Part shown: one piece after another, positions 1 to 12,000 of the stretch
Position numbering within the stretch: position 1 is the first letter of the stretch
Layout: each line of letters begins with the position of its first letter
NCBI RefSeq assembly: GCF_018977255.1
Contig: NW_024704752.1
Location: 12,648,001 to 12,712,000 of the forward strand
Reading direction: 5' to 3'
DNA length: 64,000 nt
DNA from: Callorhinchus milii
Lineage: Eukaryota
The notes under the pieces: model-generated
The model's database searches: none
Told to the model about the DNA's origin: nothing
The model's input: only the letters and a program-made list of their open reading frames with translations
Translations under genes and position numbers: made by a program

Positions 1-2966
1 CAGCTCAGCTGGACAGACACTGAGTTCCTATCTGAATCACACCAAAAGATTCTCAGAGATAAACTTCTCCTGTGCTAGGTGATATATCCAGTTAGCAAGT
101 TTTGTATAGTATCAACATGAAATGAACCATTCAATTGAACAAACAGTTGAATTAAACCCCCCCATTACAACGAGACAAGTGAAGGAGAGAGGAAAAAAAC
201 ATCTAAACTGTTGTGAATCGGTAATCAACTAGCAAGCACTGCATCAAAACAGAATTGGGCTTTCGTCCAGCACATCTCCACCAGCTGCCCAATGGTAAAC
301 TACACTATTCATTCCAACACTGCATGCGTGAAATATCATTGAGTCAGCACCCAGTTTGCTGGCACAGCGTGTGAGTTCTTCACAGGTACACATTTCTTAT
401 TGACATTCCAAGTCTTAAACTTGTCCAGAAATCGAACAGTGGAAAACTACCTGAAGTGACTTGTCCACTTAATTTAACAAAACTTGCTTATCTAACAAAG
501 TAAGGTTATGAATTCTGACAAGGCAATTTTCTCAAACAAACTTAATTTGAACTATTTTTATGTATAAAAGGGGGGAAAAAAAGTGTGAAGGCAACATACA
601 AAGTAAAAATTAGGGTACGCAAGTCAAGGGGGCCACATGTCAGCAATATTCTCAAAAAACAAAGCAGAATTTATGGTTTAAGTGCCAAATCAGTCTGTTT
701 GCATCGAATTATTAAGAGTGCAATTTTAAAAAATAATTTAAAAATGAAATGCCTTTAAAATCAACATAGCAGCCAAAATTTTGCTAAAATTCTCCTTGGT
801 TGCAGGAAATCAAACATAGTTTGCGAACTAAAATTCATGGATAACTTGGCTTCACATAATCTTCTCACACCTGTACAAATAAGTCTGAAATGAGCAAACG
901 CGATATGTGAAGTGATCAAATTGGGCTCCAGGAATAAATTGGATTCTTTTAAGTAGTGAGTGAACCAAGTGACAGAATGAAAGTCTTGCATTTCAAATCT
1001 CATCCGTCTTGTAAGCTACTCTGGCAACTAAATCAAACGGATACCTGTTTTAGTTACCCATTTGTAATGAATCACCAACTTCCAGTCAAACCACCTGATA
1101 ACCTCTTGGAAGCAGCAATGATAAACAGATTCACAAGCCTGGAGGGGAAAGCTGAGATTGTAACAGCAATATGAGATTATGCTCTTGAACAATACAGTTC
1201 ATCAACACATCCACTATTTGTTTGAGTTGCAATTACAAGCGTACATCAAATTACGCTTCTTCCTTTCCCTGGAAATTAAGCAGTCCCTAAGGTGTTCTCT
1301 ATCTATGGTTGTGGAACATGAAACATGAGGGTTTGCCCAGAGGCCAATGATTCTTAAATTACTCCAACCAAGTGCCACAAGCAACAACAATTTAATTTGT
1401 ACAGCTTCTTTTCAGGAACTAAAACACTTCAGATGGGGGAAAGAGGGCATTAAATTATACAAGGTAATTGAACAAAGCTCTGGATATTCAACTTTGGTTA
1501 AAAAAAACAAGTGGTTTGGCTTCATTGACAGAAGTAAAATACCCTATTTACGTATGCCTCTGTATTCAAAAGGTAATTTGCTCCTTCCATAACACAATTT
1601 CCCTTAGCTCCCTCTGTTGGCATAACTTTGAAACATATTTAAAAGAAGGAATTAATAGTAAAAGATAGCAGAAAACAGATCAAAGAACAGATCAAAGGAA
1701 GATCCTTCCCCCTCAAATTTCACCAATTTGTTGTCGCTCCTCACACCATTTTGGTTCAGCGACTCCCAGACATGGCTAACGCAAACACTGTACAAATCAC
1801 TTTGGAGACAAACAATGCCCAGTCTACACTGGGACACTGCCATCTTGTACAATGTTCCACGCCGCTATGATCAGGATTCTTGGAAAGCTCTAATGTACCA
1901 TAACCCGACCATAACTGTAACCCTGCATGCACTTTAAGGACCAGAGTCTAAACATACTCAGCTGGATATTCTTTCTCTCCCTCAAAAAGTAATTGATGCT
2001 TTAAGGGAAAGGTACTGTAATTTCAGACACTAATTAACATCTAACATGACATTTTCTATTGAAGAATCTCATATTAACCACAGGAAAAAGGCACTGTGTC
2101 CGTGTACTGGAATTACCTAAAACATTCTCAAAATAAATTTAGTTATTTTTGGAATAGGCTGTACAGGGAGACCTGGGATACTCGGTCATAATACTTCCCG
2201 CCACCTCTTTCATCACATGTTCAGGCAAAACTATTCTGTATTCCTGCCAGGGGATGAGAGAAGTTATTATGGAATATGGACATTTGCTCCAAAAGCATAT
2301 ACTGAATTAATATATTTAGAATGCTGCTTTTGGCACTTTGCTTTTTAAAAATTACACAAAAGCAAATGGCTATAGTGACATGTAACTGACCTGATCGGTT
2401 ATTTCAGAGGAAAAAGGACTTAGGATCACAGTGGTTACTGAAGGAGCAAGTATCACAACAGGTTATATGCATGGACTGAATGGCTTGCTGCTATCCTGTA
2501 TTTTCTAGGAGGTTTTTTGGGCCTGTACCGTGGATAATATTGGCCGAGATTACTTTAAAGACTATTTAGAACTGCTGTCTTCAAGTTGGACCAGCATTGT
2601 CAGCAGAAGAAGACTTTTTGGCCAGTATGTCTTTGCTTCAAGCTTTAAGTAACTCACCCTGCGTTTGGTCTATTTTAAACTGGGCTGCAAACTGAAATGA
2701 TGTCAGGAATGTGAGATTAGTTTTGGCACACTTGCAACCATAGCAGCTAGACCATCTAAACATGGTTTAATGATCCGACATGTTTAGCGTCTAAGATCAT
2801 GTGCAAGAGCATTTCTTCCCTTACTGCATTCTCCCCCCTCACACAGCAGGTACAGGTAATGGTACATCAGAAGCTTCTGTTAAAATGGTTTGCAGAGGGC
2901 GAGAAGGCAAGAGTGACAGGTACGTACGAAGGAGAGAGAGGGAGAACGTAACCATGGGAAGACAAC

Positions 2967-3050
2967 CTGCCACCCCGCTTGAGACGTTCCGAACGGAAAT
3001 TTTCATAGTGCAGATCCTGGGTCACCTCCTGTAGATCTTGCATGTGGGTA
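2967..3050 (-). CDS. SEPTIN2: SEPT2 coding exon 9 ([28 protein letters not shown]); alternative extended donor at 2928
   Basis: 84 nt to GGCAG|gttgtc, or 123 nt to CCTTC|gtacgt in the same phase. Confidence 0.92.
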
Positions 3051-6000
3051 CTAGATATTCCGAAAACACAAAGCAGAACATAGATAAATCTTCGATTGCA
3101 GTCTGGGTATCGCAACTAATCAGAACATCAGTTTTTTGAAACGAGCAGGAAAATTCAAACCCAATTAGACAATATTTATTGTTCATTGCTACCTACTGTT
3201 GAACCTACTATAAACCATTTCATCAGAACAGTACTGTCATTTAGACGTGGCACTTACATGAGCATAGTTCTTAGCTTCAGGAAGTCATTGTGCTCTGGAT
3301 TCTCCACTTCGACTACTCCCCATGGGTATAGGCGGCCTCTGACTTTTTTACCCTTTGCTTCAATTAGTTGATTTGACCCAACCACTGCGAAAGGGATACT
3401 GGTCTGTATTCACAAGAAGAGCATCATTTTAATGCAATACTACAGTCAATATGTCAAATACATATGTCTGAGAATTTCAACCAGTGCAAACATTGACTTA
3501 TGACAAAAGGATAAGAAAGAGCCAGGCAATGCTTCACCAGAAATAATAATAACATACAAGGAGTTTAGATTTTAAACATCTGTCCTCTACCTTAAGGACT
3601 CGAGTTTGCTCCTTGAAATCTTCATCCTCGTCAGACTCTGCATCTGGAAGGTGGTATATTCTAATTCCATGCTCTTCAATTTCATCCAAAATCTGAAAAA
3701 GAAACCATGGACCTATTGAAAAACGGATAATCATCACAGAATTTGGGATTGCCTTGTAAATATATATATTATATAATATATACACACACACAGGGAAAGT
3801 AGTACATTGCGGTGTGGTTTCATGCTCCAAATTTAACAGATCCTTCTTGCTTATATCCTGTACAATACCTGGTTAATTAGAGCTGTTTTATTGCAGCCTG
3901 ATGAAGTTGGCCTAGCAGGGTATAATACATTTGATTCAATCACCAACAGATTCAAGGGAGATAGATCGCAGTGGCCTTTCACAATTTTATACATTCCTAT
4001 ATTCCTCAGTGAAAGAAAACTGGCACTTTAAATCGACTGCAAATGCCAATTAAGGGCACAAAGCCCACAATATTGTGCCAGAACTCATCTAAAAAAAGGA
4101 AAACATCCAAATTTTGCTCAAGCTGTAAATTAAAGCTAAAAACACAAACTCCAGTGTTCAGCTGCACAGATTTCTAAAATAAACATCTTGTAGTTACAGA
4201 TTCAAAATGGTTGCCTTTTCTGCATTCAGGCCATTCGAGGCCTCTTTCAAGATTACATCCCACCAATGTTTTTTTTGCTACCTTAACCCCATAATACGTG
4301 TCATTCCTGGATCTAGAATTGCCCCTGGATTGCTGCAAATGAGTACCCACTACACTAGATGTCACAAGAATTATTACACTTCAGCAATTATTGGTTTCAC
4401 ACTTAAAGGAACAGTTTTTACACATTTATCAGTAATTTATTCTCGTTTCAGACAAGACCTGAATATTTGCTAATCTCCGTACCCTTCTCTTGAGCCGCTC
4501 CCTTTCCTTCAGTGTGAGAGTGTCTGCCTTAGCAATCACAGGAACAACATTCACTTTGTTGTGTATGGCTTTCATGAACTCCACATCCAAGGGCTTCAGG
4601 CTAGATAAACACAAGATAAAACAGAGAGATGCTGGGAGAGTTTGCTGAGAACTTGTTTTATTTAGAATATAAAAAACATTTTCCTCCCTCTAAAGACATC
4701 GCATCGACTTTTTCTATAATACATTTCCATGAGTACTTCATCAAAATGGCCTCATAGGTGCCTAGATTGTGAATATCGGAATCGAGTCAATCCTCTATGA
4801 TGGTCTCATTAGTCTGGTTCCTAAACCAGGCTACTTACTGCTGATGAAACAGACCACTGAGCCTGGTTCGTAAGAAGAACTTGGAGGGGCAGATCGGTGA
4901 GCTCCCGTTAAGACCCCGCAAGTCCTATCTGGACAAGCAGCTTGTCAGACAGTGCTCTCAATAACACCCTATGTGGTTTTACCTGGTTAAACTCCAGCAG
5001 TAGCCCAACAATTACTCTGTAATCCCTAAGCCCTGATTACCAACCTTTACCAGATACTCTCTGGAATTAGCTAAAATGGGTGCATCGTCCAGGAAGAGAG
5101 TACAGTTTCCACTACACTTTGAGGACATTTGATGTATAGCACCATTTGCATCATGAGGACCCTTAAAATGTCTTTTTTTTGCAGACAAATGCCTATGTTT
5201 TCTGTGCTGTACAGAGGATAATGCGACACAATTCTATCAGGCAACATGCTTACCCATGGCCAAAAGGAGAGATGAAATAAAAGCAGCAGTGGACTCGGTT
5301 ATCAACAATGTGGCGTCTGTTCAGTCCACTCTCGTCATGCAGGTAACGCTCAAACTGCTCGTCAATGTATGAAATGATGGTTTTAAAGCTGGGAGGAAGC
5401 AGAATTGAACAATGAAGAACATTGTGAGAGCTACAATCATCTGGTCAGGGACACAGATAATCCTTCAAAGCAAGCAATGCATCGAATGATGACTGGGGAA
5501 TATCAAAGCACTTGTACAGGTAAGCAAACACCCTATATCAGTGCTTTAGTATGTCAAACCCATCCAATGACAGATTTTTACATCTCAGCAATTCAAAGCA
5601 ATTCCATCAGGTCCTTTAATTTGACTGAATCATACAAGATCCAGAAACTGCATTATTATGTACATGTCACCATATTAAAATAGCTATAAATGACACCCAC
5701 CCCCTCCCCCAAATGTCACTCCAGAAAGAGATACAATACTGCAAGGTAATAAAGAGGTTTAACACTTCTAATTTATTCAATTTCTCCAGTTTTTGTACAC
5801 TTCCATTTAGATATAGGAGCGATCTCCCTTTAAGAACAGCTACACTGGGAGTGTGTTTTTTCCATCTAATCTCAATTCACATAGAGTGAATTGTGTAGTA
5901 CATTATGTAGTACAATTAATCCAATTTATTGCACACCTTCTCTGCTGCAAGCAGAAAAATTGANTTTTTTACAAACGTTTCAATACCTGTTAATCAGTCA

Positions 6001-9000
6001 CTCGAATTCAATGCTCTGATTAAAAATCTAAATTACTTACAGAAACTGGGATTGCAACACCCTCGTCAATTGAATGCCTCAGGAAGCATGAATACAGTTC
6101 ACAATAATAGTACATACCAGTCTTGACTGTTTATGGCATCACCATATCCTGGGGTGTCAACCACTGTCAGACGAAGCTTCACTCCACGTTCTTCTATCTC
6201 CACAGTGGAAGCCTCAATCTGGACAGTGCGTTCAATTTTCTCTGAAACGGAAACATGGTGCTGTGAGCCAAGGTGACCCAGACAAGCTCATCTTTCAGCA
6301 GCTACATACATCCTCGTCAAGTCCCCAAGTAATAGCAAGAGCTTATTAAAATAAAAATTCCTACATGTCTAAATGAATAGGTCACCTTCCTGATACTGTC
6401 AATTCTACTTTGTAACCAGTCATGAAATGGTGTGAAAAAGCAACTTGGATGACAGGCTTTCCTATTCAGATTATAGGAAAATGCCTGGGCTCTGCTCAGT
6501 GTCTCAATAAGTGAAGTTGGTACCTGTTACTCAAATCAGAGCTTGGCCGCTAACTGATACCAATTTAGCTGAAGAGATATTGTTCCACGGTGCAGCTGTC
6601 AAGTATTTCTAATACACTGCAAAGCAAACTACTTTTAACACTAGATTGTAATATCTCCCTTTGAAAATCTAATCGCATGGAATTTCTGAAGAGACTTTTT
6701 TGGCACCAATTTACAGTGTCCTGAAAGGGAAGACATATACAAGCACATCATCATGTTTGGATAGTTTCAATCTATGATAAAATTGAACTGACAAATCAGA
6801 GGCTCCTTACCTGCAGCACCTGGAATGATCCTCTCAGGGTAGAGATCAGTCAGGAAAAGGCTGTTAATGAGGGTTGATTTGCCCAGGCCAGACTCCCCTG
6901 TAAAGGAGAAAAAACAGTATTGAAACAAGGCATCTTACGTCAAAAACAATCACAAGACTACACCCATAACAATAACTTTCAGATGCAGATCATGGAGAAG
7001 TGATAAAGCACTATATTAAATGCAAGTATTATTATAATAGATTACGTAACGTTTCTGTGATTGCCAGTTTCCTGTATCAACAGCAAATTTGATCCATGGA
7101 ATTCTCCCAGATTAAGATAAATCCTGAAATTACTTAGTCAGCCTCAACGTAAAGTTTAAAGTTATCTCCTGATAATTCATTTGAAACATATCTGCCGAGA
7201 GGTAAACAGAATCAGACAAAGAAGCCCTCAAGTTTGATCTCTGATCTGTGCTAAGTTAGGTGATCTTGGAGTACCAGTAGGAACACCACCATTACCCTCA
7301 GCAATCTTGGATTAAAGAAGAGAAAAGTTAATCATGGCTCCAGTTCATGAACACCATCAAGGAACTTCAGTGGAAAGTGGGCATGTGAGAATGTAAGGTG
7401 AAGAGAAATAAGGCAGGCTGTGATGTCCCCCCCTCCCCCTGCTAATTGGTCTCCAGCCCCTCATTTTTTCAGCCTACAGGTGAACAGACAAGTTTGAGCC
7501 GTGGAACTGTACCGCAGTATGTGTAAACATCTTCAGGAGAGAGAAAAGATCAAAAAAATAAACTGTATACTTACCAACTACCATGAGTGTGAATTCAAAC
7601 CCTTTCTTCACAGATTTACGATGCACCTGATTAGGAAGGTTAGCAAATCCCACATACCCCGGGGTCTCTGGGTTTGTGAACTGGGCTTGTTGCTGCTGCT
7701 GCTGTTGCTGCTGCTGTTGTTGCTGCTGCTGCAACATTTGCTGTTGTTGCTGTAACAACTAGATGAAAAAAAAGACAGTTCAGATCTCTTAATGGCACTT
7801 GAAAATGATGTCCTCCACTGAACTGAAGACATCCAGCAATCTAATTATTCTCAATCCCCAAGGATAGTTTCTGTAGTCGTTTTCTCAATTTCAAGGTGCA
7901 CCTCAGTTTATTTAGCTTATTTTAATCTTTGCAACAGGAACACAAACAAAATAGAAGTTAAAGCACTTGAAGTGGAAATAATGTACAGAGAATAACTTAT
8001 TCAAAGTACTCCCACTGGAGATAGGGGAGAAAAAAGTTACAATGCAGCATTTAATAGTGAAGAAACATCCCACATTAATATCAACATCTCACTTACTCTT
8101 AAAACCAGCTGCATTTTACACAGAGCAGCTTAGCAGTTCCAGAGGAAACGTTGGATCAGTGTGGAAGCTGACACTCACAGAATTCCAGCAATACCTCTAT
8201 AGAGAAGTGAGTTTTGCTTCTTGTGTTAATTATTGCTGGAGCACCAGGTGTTTGAAAACTAGTGATATTCCAAAATAATTTCTCCCCACTCTTCACTGGT
8301 CTGCTTCACATCCCCCACCCTGCCGGTCCCACCATCAGCAGTCAGGCTTTCAGCTCACAGAATCGAACAGCACAAAAAGAGGCCGTTCGGCCCATCGAGT
8401 CTGTGCCGGCTCTTTGAAAAGAGCAATGTAATGTCAATCCCACTCCCCAGCCCTTTCCCCATAACCCTGCAAACCCATCCTCCTCAAATACCCGTCCACC
8501 GCGTTCTTAAAAGTAGTTATCGAATCAGCCTCGACCACCCTTTCATCTGCTCCCATTCTCTGGAACTCCATGCCAGAGTCCCATTGCCTCACCCCTTCCC
8601 TCGCCTCCTTCAAGGTCTACCTCAAGACCTTCCTCTTTGAACATGCCTTCAACCAACTTCCTCCCTACCTCCCCCCCAACCACCAACTACAGTTCAGGTC
8701 CAAAATAGTCCAACATCTTGTAACATCATCCCGAATGAAAGGCGGTATATAAATGGAATTTGTTATTTGTTGTTGTAATTCCATTAATTTTCAAGATCAA
8801 TTCAATGAAATACATGTCCCTGTTACTGATCAATAAGTAACCTGTAATGCCCCATGGTAAACAAAAAGAATGTCTGAGATGATGACTGGGCACTGAAGTG
8901 ACTGAGAAAATTTAATACAATATTTTGGCCATCACTTGGCTTTGGAAAGCTTCAAACTTAACCACACCGACAATCGAGCCAAAGCTTAATTGGAATTTTC

Positions 9001-12000
9001 CAGACAGCACACATCAATAGGCACAGAAAACACAGTGGAAATCTCCATTTACATACCATTAAGTGTGTACTGCATAGTTAATGGGTTTTAAAGCAGACAA
9101 TTATCTGCTGATTTCTATAAGAGGCATTTTCAGCATCACCCGCACAAGCAGTAAATTTGGTTCGAGTAAAGAAATGCTGGGAGATTAGATTCCATCGAGA
9201 TCTTCCTATCTGAAACTTAATCTCTGCAGGAGCAGTCAGATTGGGACATTGCACAGAGAGGTTTCATCCTGTAAATGAAGGCCACTTATTAATAAAAAAG
9301 ATTTATGTTGGCGCAATCATTAATACAAATGTTGAACCATCATTGTTATGACCTGAAAACCTCTCATCTGGACAAAGTATAGATTTGTTTTTAAATCCAC
9401 ACTGTAAATTTTCAACATTTTAAACTTCATGCTGATTATCTGGATAATTATTCTCTTTCAACCTGGGACAGAGTAAACAGGTGAAGAGTGAGTAGGGCTA
9501 TCTTAAATATGCTTAGCCCAATGTAATCACTGCTCCCCCAAGAGTCCTCTCAACTTTGCCAAAGGGAAAAAACAGATTAATTGCTTTTTAAATAGTAGTG
9601 TCTGGATGAATGCATACCAGAGCGGACTCCAGAATTCCAATGCACTGTTCACAGTCGCTCCCATTACAGCATAGATGAACTCCAATCCAAGCAGAAAATT
9701 CTTGGCAGCTTGCTTGTGCTTCTAATCATGTTTTGATTGATGGTCCAGAAGGAGATTCACTGTGAAACGTCAATTCTCTTTTCCTCTCTTTACTCCCCCA
9801 CCCCCTCCCTCCACAAGCCTTGCGAATGTGGATTTGGCCAGATCTCCAGATGGCTGCTCTGCATTTACAGAGGCACCGGGCCACTGAGTAAAGCACAGCT
9901 GGAATACATATTGAGACAGCGGGGTAAACACTTTCCCAATGCGGGCCCTCTTCTCAGTTCAGTTCCCTTTGCTTTAATGCTAAATCTTCCACAATAATGT
10001 GTTATCTCACACTATTTTGTTCAGTCTTGGAATATTTGCTACACTTTTTTTTTAAAAAAAGAAGTCTTTTTGCTCAAATGGAGTCCCAAGTTCTGCTCAG
10101 AACATGGACCAAGTTAGAATTGCACAAAATGAAATGACACAGAAGCAGACGAAAATCGGCCCAGCTCGTCTATGCCAATACTTACACTCCACTCGAATTG
10201 AAGAGGTGGAAGCCGATTCGATAACAACTTTTAAGAGAGAAGTAGATAATTATTTGGGGAGGCCAAGTTTGCGGGACTATGAGAAGAGAGCAGGGGAGTG
10301 GGATTGATTTGGATAGCTCTTTTAAAAGAGCTGGCACTGACACAATGGGTTGAATGGCCTCCTTCTGTGCTGGATAATTCTATGATTCCAGGTGCACACT
10401 GTGGTGTGTTTTCTACCCTGCCAGATAATCCTAACCCACAAAGATCAAACCACTGTAATTGCTACTATGAAATTAGGGTCCAGATCCCATGTTAAAATAA
10501 ATGTCTAGCTCAAATTACTGGCAGCAAGTTCAGGAGTTTTATCTCTGATCCTATTCAAGGGCCATCAATTGAAAACCTCAAGGCCCAGCTGAGTGTCTGT
10601 TCTGCTTATCTCACCGTACACTTCTTCCACACAGTCAGCACGAAAGTCAACAATCACCACTACTCATTCAGGATTTAATCGTCTCACTGGAAATGGCGTC
10701 TCCAAATAGTCTTTTTACAGAAGTTACTTTTGATGATTAGGGTAGTACCTCCTTCATCCCAACTAGTCCCACCTCCCCTTAAAACAGCTTTGGCTGAATA
10801 GCTTATTTAACAATGAGCTAACCACGTCCGACTTTGTACCATGCACTGCCCAGAAATCAGAGTCTGGATAATCCCTGTCCCTCATTCACAATGGAAAATC
10901 ACAGCATTATAGGACAGAACACAAAAGTCCCAAACATCATTAAAAAAAATCCACATATGCACTTAACAGCAGAAAAGTCAAAAGCAAGAGCTGTTTCTAC
11001 TCCTCCCACATCAGTAGGGTTAAGGTCAATTATAGTACCACAATTGCCAGCCCGACAGTTAACTCAGCATATTCTGATCTACAAGATTTAGTAAGTCACT
11101 GTATGAGTACTTTAAGCACTGTGCGATCAGGAGAGCTGTGTTCTGCATTAATGCACATTTTGTGGTACAGCTCCTGGGCCACACAAGTATACTTCAACAT
11201 GGAATACAAAAAAAACTGTAAATTGTTTTTCTTTGGTAGTTCTCACAATGTTTCATGGTTGTCAACAGCTCAATCGAGTGGCACAGCCCAGAGACAACAT
11301 GAGACAGCATCAAAATAACTTCACACAAGAGGGAAATAATCTGCCAGCTAAATGAGCAATGTAGGCATGGACTTTAAAACCGCACAAATAAGAATGCCTC
11401 GCCCCCTCCCCCCCACCAACAATTACTTGGCAGAAGAGGTTCCAATGAAATGAGACCTATCCTAACTGATGTAAGTACGTAGAACAGCTCAAATTTAATA
11501 GCGCCTTGGGACATCCTCCCGACGTGAAAGGCGCTCCATTAATGTAATTTTGTTGTTGTTAATGATGTAGTATTTGCATTTGTATTTCTAGCTTTATGAG
11601 TGCTCATCCAGTTTCAGAGCAAAGCCCATGCGGGTAATTTATTCGATTTATTTATAAGTTTCCCTTTCCAAATCTGTGGCTTGGTATAGTCCCAGTGACG
11701 TATGCCTTCAATGAAAATTCCAATGCAGCCTGCACAGGCGACTGGACAGCACAGGAACTCAAGACTCCAGATGCCTGCAGTAGTCATTTCTCTCCCCATC
11801 CTCCCCCACACGAAACACACAAATGTAAAAATGTTATTTGGGAAGTGCAAACTGAGGCAGTCCTGATGCTGCAACATTTTGTATTGCTGGAAACTGTAAC
11901 AAGAACCAACGCAAAATTTGCACTTTTATAGCACCACTTTTCATCAGAGGGAGGCCACTCTGGGAGGCAAATGGAGTGGGGGGGAACGGGGAAAGGTGGT

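Noticed and set aside
1-2900. Last two SEPT2 coding exons (…ILLEKEAE / LRRMQEM…)
   Set aside because: No matching translation with splice sites found by eye; they presumably lie beyond the left edge.
7501-7832. Poly-Leu (+ strand) and poly-Ser (- strand) ORFs
   Set aside because: Alternative-frame and antisense readings of the SEPT2 CAG/CAA tract.
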